Shown piece by piece: positions 23,821 through 37,599 of a DNA stretch of 44,386 nt. Source of the DNA: Octopus sinensis. Taxonomy: Eukaryota. The stretch lies in contig NW_021835065.1 in assembly GCF_006345805.1 (NCBI RefSeq), positions 1 through 44,386 of the forward strand. Direction: 5' to 3'. Numbering within the stretch: position 1 is the first letter of the stretch; every line of letters begins with the position of its first letter. Below the pieces are notes generated by a model. That model was not told the origin of the DNA, made no database searches, and saw only the letters and a program-made list of their open reading frames with translations. The position numbers and the translations under genes were made by a program.

Positions 23821-24522
23821 ACAGGTTAATCCTTGAATAGGAACTCATTCAATTTGTCAAACAACTGAATGCTCATCGTCGAGAACGATGGAGGAATCTA
23901 CTCACTCGTAAGTTCCTTTAGAAACCACGAAGGAATAAATTATAACCATATGTAATTTTTTTTCTCTTATAGCTTTTCCGTTGTTGATGATTTTTGTTGA
24001 CGAATATTTCCGTTGTATTTTTATGGGAAGTATTTATTTTACAATGTTTGATAAATAATTGAACTCTTTAGCATCGACATTATATTCTAAGCTGGAATTG
24101 GTTCATGAAATTGACATTTCAATTGCCACTTCTTATAACTGCTGCCTCCAAGACACAAGCACTGCAAATTCTGTATAAATAAAAATTCAACAGAATATTT
24201 TCTTCTAATTCTCTTCTAATTTCGAATCTGTTTTTTTGTGGTATATTTTCTTGTATTTGTATTTGTATTTCTTTAAGAGTTTATAAATTGTTGTTGCTGT
24301 TCTTATTAACGTTGTTATGTTTTTTTTCTTTGTTTTGATTTTTCGTTTCCATTTCAGTTAAAATACCGCCTACTGGATTCGATCAATTCAAGCATTATAC
24401 TGTTATGTGAACTATGAAGAAAAACCACTGCAGCACGTTGATTCTCGGATACTAGTTGGATGAACGATAAGAAGAACGAACAAAAGATAGAAAGAGCGCT
24501 AATAAGAAAAAGCGATAGATAG

Positions 24523-24566
<44 letters not shown>

Positions 24567-24873
24567 TAGGGAGAGAGGGAGAGAAAGAAAAAGAAGAAGA
24601 ACCAAAAAGACAGAAAAAAATAGTGATGGTAAAAGATGGACTGGGAACTGGAATGGAGAACATTAGCAAAGATGTCCATTCCTTCACAAAACGTAAAGTG
24701 CAAAACTATAGGTTTCTCTTTAAGTAGAAAGGTGAACGTGTGTGTGTGTGTATGTGTGTGTGTGTATGTGTGTGTGTGCATGTGCGTGTGCATGTGTGTG
24801 TGTGTGCACGTGCGTGTGCGCGTGCATATGTGAGTGTGTGTGCGTGTGTGAGTATATATATATATATAAATGC

Positions 24874-24905
<32 letters not shown>

Positions 24906-25015
24906 GCGTGTATATATATATATATATTTGTAAATGTACGTACTTATATATATATATATATTATATATGCACATATATATATATATATAAATATATGCAT
25001 ATATATATAATATAT

Positions 25016-25047
<32 letters not shown>

Positions 25048-25588
25048 CATGCACACATACACACACACACACACATATATATATATACATTAGCGGGGAC
25101 AGCTGGTGACAGTGGATTTAGAAGAATCAGCCGAATGAAGATTTCATTCGCCTATTACGCCAGATCTTTACGCTATTTAGTAACGATAATTCAATGTTTA
25201 AATCCTGCCGAGGTCAGGTGTACTTTTCCGGAATTCATGAAATATGCAGCAACAATATATTATTATATAAAACATTCCCAATTTTTGTAGTTTGTCCTTA
25301 CAATGTGGCTTCGTCCATCAGTTTTGTGACGAGTGATGAATGATTATTATGAAGGATAATAGATTTGTAGGATAGTTAAGAGATCCAACGAGATAACCGT
25401 GCGGCATTTTTTCCAATTTTCTTTGTGTCAGTCATGGAACCGCAGTCATGTAAGGGCACCGCCATCGCTTTGAATGGTTTAGTCGAATAAATTGTCTGTA
25501 GTAGTTGATTTTACGTCTTGTATTTATCAGTTTCTTTTTGGCCGAACTGCTAAGTTACTGAGAGGCAATCAAACCAAGATCAAGGGCG

Positions 25589-26000
25589 GGCGGCGAGCTG
25601 GCAGAAACGTTAGCGCGCCGGGCGAAATGCTTAGCGGTATTTCGTCTGCCGTTACGTTCTGAGTTCAAATTACGCCGAGGTCGACTTTGCCTTTCATCCT
25701 TTCAAGGTCGATTAAATAAGTACCAGTTACGCACTGCTGTCGATGTAATCGACTGAATCCGTTTGTCTGTCCTTGTTTGTCCTCTCTGTGTTTAGCCTCT
25801 TGTGGGTAGTAAAGAAATAGGTATTTCGTCTGTCGGTACGTTCTGAGTTCAAATTCTGCCGAGGTCGACTTTGCCTTTCAAGGTCGATTAAATAAGTACC
25901 AGTTACGCACTGGGGTCGATATAGTCGACTTAACCCTTTTGTCTGTTCTTGTTTTCCCCTTCTATGCTTAGCTCCTTATTGGCAATAAAAAAATAAGAAA
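25589..26000 (+). mobile_element. SINE family B dimer
   Basis: Full head GGCGGCGAGCTGGCAGAAACGTTAGC, then a second unit restarting at GTATTTCGTCTG. Confidence 0.9.
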
Positions 26001-26465
26001 TGTTAGCATATATATAGTAGAACAGAATATAATTTATTATATTCACATAAGGATAGCTCTGTCTCAACTTCGTTCATGCAGGGTTTAGACAGGCAAATAA
26101 TTTTCTCTCTTGATTTTAAATAAATTTTATTATTTCTTTTCTCTGTATACACAGACAAAAGTAGTTGCCAAATTTTGGAGACACGGCTCCGAAAAGGATA
26201 TTGACTACGAACAAAATAACTCACTTCACAAATAGAAAAAGAAATGGCAGTAATTTAATTGCATAGCAACACATTAATGTTGAACAAACAGTGAGCGATA
26301 ATATTTTAACAGCCAAAAACGTCAGTTTGAATACAACGAGTGGAAATGTTGTCAACAACACCGATACATACGAACACTGTTTGCCAAACGGAAGCATTTC
26401 CACCATTTCTTCACATGGCAACGGCACAGTCACCAAAATGCTAAATATTATAGAATACTCAAATA

Positions 26466-27017
26466 TTGGGTTGTCCGGAAAGTTTGTGCCGATTTTTAAA
26501 GGAAAGAAAAAGGTCAATAAATACATGCCATTACATTTTTAATCAGCCAAATATGAACCATTTTGTTGCACAATGCGTCTCCATCTTTCCTTTAACTTGA
26601 AAATACCCTCTTCCCAGAATTGAGGTGGTTTCATGGCAAAGAATTCATCAAGGTATCTTTTTATGTCATCTAAGGAATTGAAATTTTTACTATTAAGACT
26701 ATTCTGCAGAGACCTGAATAAGTGGAAATTCTGGTGAATATGGAGGGTCGGGTAACACATCCCAGCCGAGCTGCAGCAATTTTTGTCTGGTTCCCAAAGC
26801 ATCAAGTGCCAAAAATGAACTTTCTTGTCTTCCATTTTAAAGAGTTACAGAATTAACACAGGTTATAAGAACATAAACCTTCTTCCACGAAAAGATAGCT
26901 CAAACTGTGCTCTCAATGGAGGTGTAGTCAAATCCTATTTTATGGACTCAAACATGTTCCAAAATAAGTCGAAAGTTAAGCTACTATCAATCGGCACGAA
27001 CTTTCTAGACAACCCAA
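26466..27017 (-). mobile_element. Internally deleted mariner element with both TIRs and TA TSD
   Basis: TIRs TTGGGTTGTCCGGAAAGTTTGTGCCGATT / AATCGGCACGAACTTTCTAGACAACCCAA; MEDKKVHFWHLMLWE fused to FHLFRSLQNSL...FWEEGIFKLKERWRRIVQQNGSY. Confidence 0.93.
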
Positions 27018-27392
27018 TATAAATTTTTGCCGTACAAAGAGGCAATGTGGACGAATAGTGTTTTGCACCACAGCTGCTGTCATAGCTAAAGGATGTGTCA
27101 TCGATAGCATGCTCTTGAACTTGCCGCGCATCTTTGTGGTTATAAGTCTATACAGGCTCATGCACAAACCAACAAGTGCCACCCGTATAAAAGCGTCGTT
27201 CAGGGCAGACTGCTTTCCTGCCTCGAGGTTGACAAAACAAGTACTAGTTGAGAATTGGGGTCAATGTAAATGCCATCCCTTTCTTCTGAAAATTGTTGGT
27301 CTAGGGTGGAAATTACGAAGAAAACAAAACACCAGATTCTCAATAAGTAAGAATTATTTCTCAGCAAAAGAAACGATGAAGGTAGGTTATGT

Positions 27393-27827
27393 CAGACATT
27401 TTATCACAGACTTATTTAGTGGCGGGATTCCGGTTTAAGCAACGCATATATTTTTTCATAGCTTTTTTTAATTTTTTGCAATTTTCAGTAAATTTTTGCG
27501 AATTTGTTCTTCACACGGGTTTTCATATGATTATGCAAAAAATTGTTTGATTGAAGAGCGATTTAGCTGTTGTTTTTAGCGCATCTCACGACCTTGTGTC
27601 TTTGTCACAGACATTTTATCACTAGACTTATTTAGTGGCGGTATTCTGGTTTAACCAACGCAAATATTTTTTCCTTACTTTTTTTTACTTTTTGCAATTT
27701 TCAGTAAATTTTTGCGAATTTGTTCTTCACACGGGAATTCATATGATAATGCAAAAAAAATTGTTTGATTTAAGAGCGATTTAGCTGTTGTTTTTAGCGC
27801 GTTTCACAACCTTGTTTCTTTGTCACT
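27393..27827. repeat. Tandem duplication of about 215 bp spanning a MITE left junction
   Basis: About 27393-27607 repeated at about 27608-27827. Confidence 0.88.
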
Positions 27828-28129
27828 TTAGCTAGTATTGGTGTTTTTCAATATTTTTCTCCCCATAAACACCTTCGCTGATCTATTGCTTGGAATTAAG
27901 ACAAAAATTTGGAATTTTCATATTTTTAAACTCTGATTTAAAAATAAATGCGAAAAACAGTGCAACTTTTAGGATTTATGGGGTGGATTGGGTTGGTTGG
28001 GACTTTAAAAAATAGCATAATCATATAAATTCTCGTGTGTAGAACACTAACTTGTAAGACTTATCTGAAAATTCTCCAAAATAAGAAAATTATGAGGAGT
28101 TTTATGAGTACTTAAACCAGAATCCTGCC
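27637..28129. mobile_element. MITE with GG...CC termini and 8-bp TSD (Merlin-like)
   Basis: TIR GGCGGTATTCTGGTTTAA / TTAAACCAGAATCCTGCC; flanks TATTTAGT / TATTTAGC. Confidence 0.75.
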
Positions 28130-28921
28130 TATTTAGCTCCCCAAATTAATATTTAATTGTATATTTTCAGGTCACCCAGCCGTCTGTATGTGTTTCCCAC
28201 AATCCCTAATAGAATCGTGGGAATAAAATCATCAGGAACCTCCTCCACAAGGTCCAATCAGAAACGGCCTTCTTTAAACACTCTTAGTAGATTCTCAAAC
28301 GAAACTATGGATCTTATCCAATCGTTTCACTCGTGGTCTACCCGTAGGTCTCTTGTTGATTAGCTCGGCTTAGTTACCATATCTTGCGATTCTTTCTCGC
28401 GGCTTTTTAACCTTATATGGTACCAAAGCTGTGACCTCTGAATGCGGAAATTTTTTTGGTATTGCAGCTAATTAAGTTACTGCCATACCATTCGAAATAC
28501 CAAGCGCAATATTTCTTTTCTTGTCAGTTCTAATAACGTATATAATCAAAATATCTATCAACAACGATTAGTTGTGGTTGTTATTATTGTTGTGGGTGGT
28601 TTTGGTGTTGGCGATTATGTTTGAGGTGGTAGAGGTGGTTATGTAGGTGAATCTCTTTGGTTGCAATAAATAATTACGGTGAATTTCTAACTGAAAATGA
28701 ACTAGTTATCTGACGCCGTTCTTAAAGCTACAATCCAAGATGGCTTTTAGTGATGTCTATCTCAGATAAAACGCACTTCTAATAGGTTCAAGAGGCTAAC
28801 GGAGAAGTTCAGCAGGTGACTTCACGCAACATTATATTTCATTTTCCTGAACCTAATAATGTTTAGTACGACAGATTGTTCAATAGAAATAACTAACAAT
28901 AAGAGCAACAATAAGTTTTTC

Positions 28922-29363
28922 GGATCTTTTCGGTTTGAACGGCAGTTTTTAACATAATTTCTAGGTAACTAAAAATTTTAAAATTACGTATACTGGTAGA
29001 ATATGTTTATAAAACATCTTTTTCTCTTGGCTTTATTGAGAAAATTTTATAGTTTGTAAGATATTTGTTGTTGTTTTTTCTTCAATTTCTACAATTTCAA
29101 CCAATCAGTGACGTGTATTGAGTTAAAAAGCATTCTGTGCCGTATGAATATGTCCTTCGTTTAAGAAACAGATTGGGTTTATTTACATTTGTAAAGAAAA
29201 AAGATACCCTTCCCCCACCCCTAACCTAACCCTAACTAACCCTAACTATTTATAACCCTAAAAGAGATTTTAAATGCTATAGATCGATTCTAGGGTCATA
29301 ATTATGGGTGACAATTTCATATGACACCACTAGAAAAAACTGCCGTTCAAACCGGAAAGATCC
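28922..29363. mobile_element. MITE with about 29-bp TIRs and perfect 8-bp TSD (Merlin-like)
   Basis: GGATCTTTTCGGTTTGAACGGCAGTTTTT / AAAAACTGCCGTTCAAACCGGAAAGATCC; TSD AGTTTTTC at 28914-28921 and 29364-29371; internal CCCTAA-like repeats. Confidence 0.88.
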
Positions 29364-29890
29364 AGTTTTTCTAATCTAGATGCAACGCCTGAAATTTTAG
29401 GGAAACAAAGCTAGTCTATATCTTCGACTCCACTACTTGACTGATATTCATTTTGTTAACCATGAAAAGGTGACACGTAAAAACAACCCCGGTGGTGTTT
29501 GAACTCAACTTGTATAGAACCGAAAGAAATTACGTTTAAACGTTTTGCCCAGCGCAGCCGTAATTCTGCTAGCCCGCCTCCTAAAATAATAGCCATTTTT
29601 AATATAGGTTTATGGCCATCAGTTGGTGGAGTGAGATGAGAATAGTCGATTAATTTCGGCACCTGTACTTCACTGCTACTGTATTTTACAGATCTCAAGA
29701 AGATAGAAGGCAGTGTTAAATTGGCTGGATTTGAACTCTGAACGTAAAGACCCGGAATAAAGACTACAAGGTATTTTACCCATTGCTCCAAATTTTGTTT
29801 CTTTTTTAACTTTGTACTTATAGATGTACACACATATGTCTGTATATCTATAAACACACACACATATTTGTATATATATATATATATATA

Positions 29891-30196
29891 TGATGGACCC
29901 TCCCGTCGAAGACGACGTATGGGCATCCAGCTCTCGTTGAACAACCTGCACAAATGATTTATTTATAGAGGTCAAATTGTTTATAGTGCCGCACATTAGC
30001 TCACTCTCTCCATAAAATCGACGTTGCCTGAACAGGTGCAAGGTATACCATGCGTCAGGTGTCGAAGTGATCATAGAGCAACGTGATAGGAAGTGCTTTG
30101 CTCAAGAGCATAACGCGCCACCTGGCCTAGGAATTGAAATCACGATCTTGTGATAGTGAGTGCAACACCCTAATCACTTGGCCATGCACCCTCACA
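29891..30196 (-). mobile_element. tRNA/CORE-like SINE (family D) with RTE-type tail
   Basis: Head GGGTGCATGGCCAAGTGATTAGGG, GCGTTATGCTCTTGAGCAAAGCAC..CACGTTGCTC, tail TCGTCTTCGACGGGAGGGTCCATCA. Confidence 0.75.
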
Positions 30197-30243
30197 ATAC
30201 ACACACACACATATGTATATATAATATATATATATATTATATA

Positions 30244-30300
<57 letters not shown>

Positions 30301-30310
30301 ATTATATATA

Positions 30311-30352
<42 letters not shown>

Positions 30353-30512
30353 AACGGTAAAATAATTAATTAACTAGTAATCAATAATTTCACCAAGTAG
30401 AATTCGGCATGAAAAAGGACCATTTCGCGGTAAACTTAAGTAATATTTTATAATTACGAGTATAATTATAATTAGGGTTCAACAAAGATTTGCTTTACCA
30501 TATACCGAACTT

Positions 30513-30545
<33 letters not shown>

Positions 30546-30594
30546 TATATTATATATAATATATATATATAATATATATATATACATACATATA

Positions 30595-30755
30595 TACGAC
30601 TAGCACCTTCTAGTTTCCGCCAACCAAATCTACTCAGAAAGCCTTGGTCAGGCCGAGGTTATTGTAGAAGGAACTTTCCGAAGATACCACAAAATGGGAC
30701 TGAACGCGAGACTACATGGTTGGGAAGCGATCTTCTCAACCACACAGCCATGCCT
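30595..30755 (-). mobile_element. Old, diverged SINE family A 5' half
   Basis: GGCATGGCTGTGTGGTTGAGAAG...GTTCAGTCCCA...GAGTAGATTTGGTTGGCGGAAACT. Confidence 0.65.
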
Positions 30756-31563
30756 TGGAAATAACTACAGATAATTCTCGTTGACATTTATAATTCTATA
30801 AAAACATCTGAAAATCCAGATTTCTCATTTAACAAACATAATAACACCAAAATTATAATCCAGGTGTCTTCACTTTTCATGATCACGTATTGTTCTGCAT
30901 TTGCTCTTAATAATGCTGACACAGTGAAAAGATATATTAAAATTAAAGCGTGTTTAGAAACTACTGTGAAACCATCTAGTGCCTACTGACAACCAATAAA
31001 ATTGAAAATAAAACCACAAATTAAACACGTAATGCTCACTAAATGTCTATAAAACCCCAAAATCTATTAGCGGTTTTACTGTCTCAATGGAGGACATTCT
31101 CAATTGATAAAAGTGGTTGCTTGTGTAAATTTCCTTAACTTCGCCGTTCATTGTGTAGTTTCATGATTGTCTTTTATAAGATTTAGATATTTACGGAAGT
31201 TGTAGAATAGTTTGGTAGATAATTACTATGTTTGTGTGCTGTCAATAACAAAACAATGGCGTTAATAATAGAGCAAATGTACAATGACAATGGTGAGAGA
31301 TAAACAGACGAGAAATTAAGAGAAGAAAAGATAAACAGACGTGAAATAAGACAAGACAAATTCAATAGAAATATAAGGAAATATAAAGAAAATACGTTGG
31401 TTTTAATTGCGTCTACATTTTTTTTCTTCCTATTTTTTTTTCTTCAGAAAAAAACAAAAATTTCCTTCATGTATTTATTGTTGAATATATATCGTGTTTG
31501 TTGTTCGTATATATGTGTGTATTTGTGTGTGTGTTTTGTGTATGTAAACATACATACATACAT

Positions 31564-31607
<44 letters not shown>

Positions 31608-31659
31608 TACATATATATATATATATATAATACATATATATATATATATATATATATAG

Positions 31660-31706
<47 letters not shown>

Positions 31707-31889
31707 ATATACATACATATATATATATATATAATTGATATATACATATTTATATATATAATAAACTGCATGCATGCATACATATTTTTATATATTTATA
31801 TATATTCCTGTACACATGCATATGTATGTTTATACTAAAAATAGCATATATACATAAAACACACACACGCTCACACACACACCACACAT

Positions 31890-31937
<48 letters not shown>

Positions 31938-32013
31938 GATACATACATACATAGGTATACGGATAAATAACACGACACATACATACATTCATATATATAT
32001 AATATATATATAT

Positions 32014-32066
<53 letters not shown>

Positions 32067-32503
32067 GCACACATACATATGCACAAGTATATACGTACAC
32101 ATTCATGCACAAAAACGCATGTGTGTGCCTATGAACTTTTATGATCTTGTGTGTGTATGTGTGTTCATGTCTGTGTGTATGTGTGTGTCTTTACATATTT
32201 GGTTCGCTGATCTTACAGTTGTGATCGTCTCACTTTTCCTCTCTGTGCATCTTTGAGTCAGATATAGACACTCACACATACACATATCCTTACTCATGCA
32301 CATAAACACAACACGTGCATATTTATACTCACAACTACGCATGGACACTTATACGCAAACGTATACAATCGCACGCATTCAAAAAGGAAAGCACACATAC
32401 ACACACACACACAGATTACTCTGGGTTTCATAGGGGTAGTCTGATAGACTGAAAGGTCATTGTGACGACAACACCACCACTACAATTGGTGGTACTAGTG
32501 TTG

Positions 32504-32548
<45 letters not shown>

Positions 32549-32620
32549 ATGCTACTACTGCAACCACTATCATCGACATCACCATTACTTCACTATATAT
32601 ACGTATGTGAATGTGTCCGT

Positions 32621-32675
<55 letters not shown>

Positions 32676-33109
32676 ATAATCAAAATAAGCAACAAGTATA
32701 TCCAAGGTAGTGTAGTAGAATTGTTTCATGCTACTCATTCTATACCTCGGATATACTTGTTGCTTATTTTGATTATAATCACTCCATTTGATTCTATGGA
32801 TAATACCATACAAAATTCTGGTGCCTTTGACTTAAGTACCATATTCATCTGAATCTAAATTTTGCTGAACTTATATATATATATATATATTTATATATAT
32901 GAGTGCGTGTGTGTGTGTATGTGTGTGTAGATGTGGTTGTGCATGTAGGTATTACTATGGCAGGTTCACGAAAACATGGTCAAGCCACCAAGTATTCGGA
33001 ACTCAGAACAAGTTTAATCCTGAAGAGTGAAATCCCCCAAATATATTCTGTTGGAATCACTGCTATAGATTAGTGTATGGATATGTGTATATATAAATAT
33101 ACACACTCA

Positions 33110-33149
<40 letters not shown>

Positions 33150-33328
33150 TGCACACACGTACACATAGGTAAAACACACCCTATCGCCTTAAGGAAACGA
33201 AGATGCATTGCGCATTGTAATCTATGATACAGAAAACGATTATATAGTTATTACTCGTTTACCAGTAATTACAGGTGTACCTCGTCTGGTTTAAATAACA
33301 ACAACAACAGCAAATCACACCATTATAC

Positions 33329-33630
33329 GTTTGTTCCTTCTCGAGCCACGCCTGGGTCATAAGGGCCGGTTTCCCGGTATCTTTGGCGTATAGGTTCCCC
33401 ACCTGGATGGGACGCCGGTCCGTCGCAGGTGAGCTGCAAGATGCAGGAGGAAAGAATGAGAGAAAGTTGTGGCGGAAGAGTCAGCAAAAGTTCGCCATTA
33501 CCTTCTGCTGGAGCCGTGTGGGAGTTTAGATGTTTCGCTCATAAACACACACATCGCCCAGTCTGAGATTCGAACCCGCGATCCCTCGACCGTGAGTCCG
33601 CTTCTCTAATCACTAGGCCATGTGCCTCCA
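33329..33630 (-). mobile_element. SINE family C, tail type 2
   Basis: Head GGAGGCACATGGCCTAGTG...GGTTCGAATC; tail CACCTGCGACGGACCGGCGTCCC...GAGAAGGAACAAAC, matching 42379-42679. Confidence 0.9.
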
Positions 33631-33892
33631 CTCACCTTAATACTGCTAAATCTGTGTTGAGTGTTAGGGATTTCTGAAGATTTAAGTGTAGCAGCTTGAC
33701 TGAACTATTACAAAATCATACTACACTACCAAGGAAAGCGGTGAATTCCTGCACTGTTTATCACATCGTTCATTCTTTCAAAAGGAATGAACTTTGATTT
33801 TAAAAGTTTATCTATGATTTGAAGGTTACTAAAAGCAAAGGCGATGTATACAAGAAGATAAAGTTGAATATTTAACATGAGATTTACACCTC

Positions 33893-34036
33893 AGGAGTGG
33901 CTGTGTGGTAAGTAGCTTGCTTACCGGGTTCAGTCCCACTACGTGGCATCTTGGGCATGTGTCTTCTACTATAGCCTTGGACCGAATAAAGCCTTGTGAG
34001 TGGATTTGGTAGACGGAAACTGAAAGAAGCCCGTCG

Positions 34037-34080
<44 letters not shown>

Positions 34081-34276
34081 TGTTTGTGTGTCTGTGTTTG
34101 TCCTCCCACCATCGCCTGATTCTGGTGTGTCTACATCCCCGTAACTTAGCGGTTCGGCAATAAGAGGCCGATACAATAAGTACCAGGCTTACAAAGAATA
34201 AGTCCTGTGGTTGATTTGTTCAACTAAAGGCGGCGCTCCAGCATAGCCGCAGTCAAATGACTGAAACAAATAAAAG
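33893..34276 (+). mobile_element. SINE family A, near full length
   Basis: Same organisation as 17207-17614. Confidence 0.9.
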
Positions 34277-34317
34277 AACCTGTTACACCTAGAAATGAAA
34301 AAGAAATTTATTTAAAT

Positions 34318-34645
34318 TTTTTTTATTTTATCTAGTTTCAGCTCACGAGCTGTGGCCATGCTGGGGAACCGCCATTTGGTGTTGCTACATGATTTTACTT
34401 CACGAATGCTTTTTAGCAATTGCCATTTGGTGCATGAGAGAGTTCGATGCAGCTGCCCTCATCTGCACCTCCTGCTGTGAAGTTGGTTCATCTGGGACAC
34501 CTGACAGGAAGAGATCCAGTTTTATTTTAAAGACATCTGCATCCACCCCATGCAGGTCTCTCAGGTTCTTCGGGAGAATATTGAAGAGCTGTTGGCCTCT
34601 GAAGCCCAGGCTATCACAGTATCTTGTCCTACATCTTGATGGCAA
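34318..34645 (-). mobile_element. CR1/L2-group LINE 3' end with 3'UTR
   Basis: SLGFRGQQLFNILPKNLRDLHGVDADVFKIKLDLFLSGVPDEP (N.LP...FK.KLD terminus typical of CR1-group ORF2); 3'UTR hairpin and A-rich tail. Confidence 0.8.
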
Positions 34646-35032
34646 ATATTCAAGATTAGTTAGAAATATTTGAAAAAATCTTTAAGAAGATTATTTATTA
34701 GAATACTGAAAGGTGTAATTACCTTACATAAAAATGATTATAGTTTTTCACGTATAAATACCCGCTCCACCCACACCTCCGTTAAATGTGCAAAGCCTCT
34801 ACATATTTATCACAACATCTTCCCCTGATTTCTCATGCTCCGCTGGTCGTACATCAATGGAAAGTTTCATTCCAGTCAAATAACGTCGCACCCACCGAAT
34901 TTTTTAACAAAAATTCACCATCAGGTCAACACCAACCCTTCATCTGGACGGAGAGGTTGTTATTGTTGTTGTAAAGCCCCAGATAAGCATTCAGGTTGAC
35001 GAAGCAGAGACCCATTTTCTTTTTTACACCAT

Positions 35033-35640
35033 GTTTCCTTATTTCTTTATTGCCCACAAGGGGCTAAACATAAAGGGGACAAACAAGGACAGGCAAAGGG
35101 ATTAAGTCGATTACAACGACCCCAGTGCGTAACTGGTACTTAATTTATCGACCCGGAAAGGATGAAAGGTAAAGTCGACCACGGCGGAATTTGAACTCAG
35201 AACGTAAAGACAGACGAAATACGCATTTCTTTACTACCCACAAGGGGCTAAACACAGAGAGGACAAACAAGGACAGACAAACGGATTAAGTCGATTACAT
35301 CGACCCCAGTGCGTAACTGGTACTTATTTAATCGGCCCCGCAAGGATGAAAGGCAAAGTCGACCTCGGCGGGATTTGAACTCAGAACGTAGCGGCATACG
35401 AAATACCTATTTCTTTACTACCCACAAGGGGCTAAACACAGAAAGGACAAACAAGGACAGACATAGGTATTAAGTCAATTACATCGACTCCAGTGCGTAA
35501 CTGGTACTTAATTTATCGACCCCGAAAGGATGAAAGGCAAAGTCGACCTCGGCGGAATTTGAACTCAGAACGTAACGGCAGACGAAATACCGTAAAGCAT
35601 TTCGCTCGGCGTGCTCACGTTTCTGCCAGGTCACCGCCTT
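35033..35640 (-). mobile_element. SINE family B trimer
   Basis: Three units of about 185 bp, with the head at the right end. Confidence 0.92.
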
Positions 35641-36261
35641 ATTTTTTACATCATGTTTCCACCAGGCTGAGAACAGTACTCCGATATACAGAGATCGTAT
35701 GGAATGAAAAGTGAAAGTCTACATCTATGGATCATAACCATTTATTTTTTTGCCTATGAAACGCTTTGAATACTATTTAACTCGGATGGATCCCCATAGC
35801 CATTTACTGTTTAAAAAAGCCTATCATATTTTTATAATTAAATATCATTAGGAATTGTTACCAAAAAATTGTTAAAATACTTTTTCTCTCTTGCATAAGT
35901 ATAACCTATTTATTGCGCATAGACCTTAACAGCAAAATCGCATGTGGTCCTGCAAGGGTAGTAGGGTCTCCGATTGAGTAACACTGGTCTAGATATAATA
36001 TAATCTCTTCTCTATCCCTTCTATTGTTATCCACTTGTAGATTCTGGCAGTAGCTACAGTGGATTGTGATTACGTGACATGTAACATATAATTTACAGTA
36101 ACATGGGAAATCTAGTTAATGGACGCACAACCTTGAAGCAAATCATTCGACTGAAATATTTGTAAACGATCATTAAATCAGATAAGAAAGATCTCAAAGA
36201 AATTGAGCCGAAACTTGAGTAAGCCTCGGTTTACTAATGGCAGGAATAAGCATGTATTAAA

Positions 36262-36585
36262 GAGGGTAAAGACCCCCTTCGGTCATGAATGACCATGGGA
36301 TTGCACCTAGAAAGTTTCCCTCCTAGACACAAGTCCGGGCAAGGTTGTTTATGGAAGACCAGCAGTCGCCCATGCATACCGGCCTCCCCTCTCCACGCCA
36401 CCAGTGTTATCCAAAGGAAAGACAAAGGTCGATACAGCTTGGCACCAGTGACGTCGCAACTCATTTCTACAGCTGAGTGAACTGGAGCAACGTGAAATAA
36501 AGTGCCGCAGCCCGGTCCGGGATTCGAGCTCACAACCTCACGATCGTAATCTCGACGCTCTAACCACTGAGCCATGCGCCTTCAC
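36262..36585 (-). mobile_element. tRNA/CORE-like SINE with a distinct tail
   Basis: Head GGCGCATGGCTCAGTGGTTAGAGCG...GCTCGAATCCC, CACTTTATTTCACGTTGCTCCAGTTCACTCAGCTG. Confidence 0.88.
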
Positions 36586-36879
36586 ATAGCATGTATTATT
36601 GTTAAATAAAGGACTATGAATGGGAGTAAGAAGACGAGTCCTATGGGCATACAGAGAATTTATCTTTGCATATGGTGGTGAGACGTCTAACTTCAACAAA
36701 TAAGCGCAACATCTTATCAGTCATGCTGAAGGGGTTCTATTTATATGAAGGGGTAAATATTGAAGTCCTTACTCGAGTAAAAGCCACCAGAACGATTCAT
36801 AACGATATGAAAAGGTGTAGGCTCAGTTCGTTAGACACTGTATAAGAAAAAAGAAACCCCTGAGGATTTGATTCTTTTT

Positions 36880-37070
36880 TCCTATTTTACTCTTTTAATG
36901 GTTTCCGTCATGCAACTGTGGCCATGCTGGAACACCGCCTTTAGTCGAGCAAATCGACCCCACGACTTATTCTTTGTAAGCCCAGTACTTATTCTATCGG
37001 TCTCTTTTGCCGAACCGCTAAGTTACGGGGACGTAGACACACCAGCAAGGTGCCCGGAACCATGTGGTTC
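36880..37070 (-). mobile_element. SINE family A 3' half with internal deletion
   Basis: Similarity to 7913-8090. Confidence 0.85.
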
Positions 37071-37599
37071 GTATGAAAAAAAGAAGAAAACAGGGAAGAC
37101 AGCGGCAAAGACCTGACCAGCTGGAACCAGAATGATCATTAGGGGAACAGAAGGGCATGGGTGTCATTAATAGTCAACGCCTGAGAGATGCCACGTAGTG
37201 AGAGGCATTGTTGCATTACTTGGTCTGTTTCTTTGTACAATCGACGTTTCATCTGAGACAATGATTTCGGTGTTGTTTCACTTGATATTGGAGAAGCTAA
37301 ATGCTTTTTTCTTGACATTTTGAATCGGTTTGGACTTTCACTCTCTCTATATATTTGCAGACACAATATTTTGTGCATTCATTGTAAACGGACGTGATAT
37401 ATCATGCACTCATCATATTGTTTATGTCTAGAAATTATGAAATAATTAGCTTCACATGAACAAACTTGTTACATACTCACAAACACATACACACGCACAC
37501 ACACACACATGTATATTTTCTCTTTTACTGCGGCCATGCTGGAGCACTGCCTTTAGTCGAGCAACTCGACCCCAGGACTTATTCTATGTATACATATAT

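Noticed and set aside
29218-29260. Interstitial telomere
   Set aside because: Only a few imperfect CCCTAA units, internal to a MITE
30390-30512. Minus-strand HHR-like scaffold (TTCGG...GGTAAA/TTTACC-GC-GAAA...CCGAA)
   Set aside because: No CUGANGA core and no UH cleavage site; at most a decayed relic
37085-37200. Possible further RTE 3' remnant (GRQR...NRRAWVSLIVNA)
   Set aside because: Too short and decayed to call with confidence
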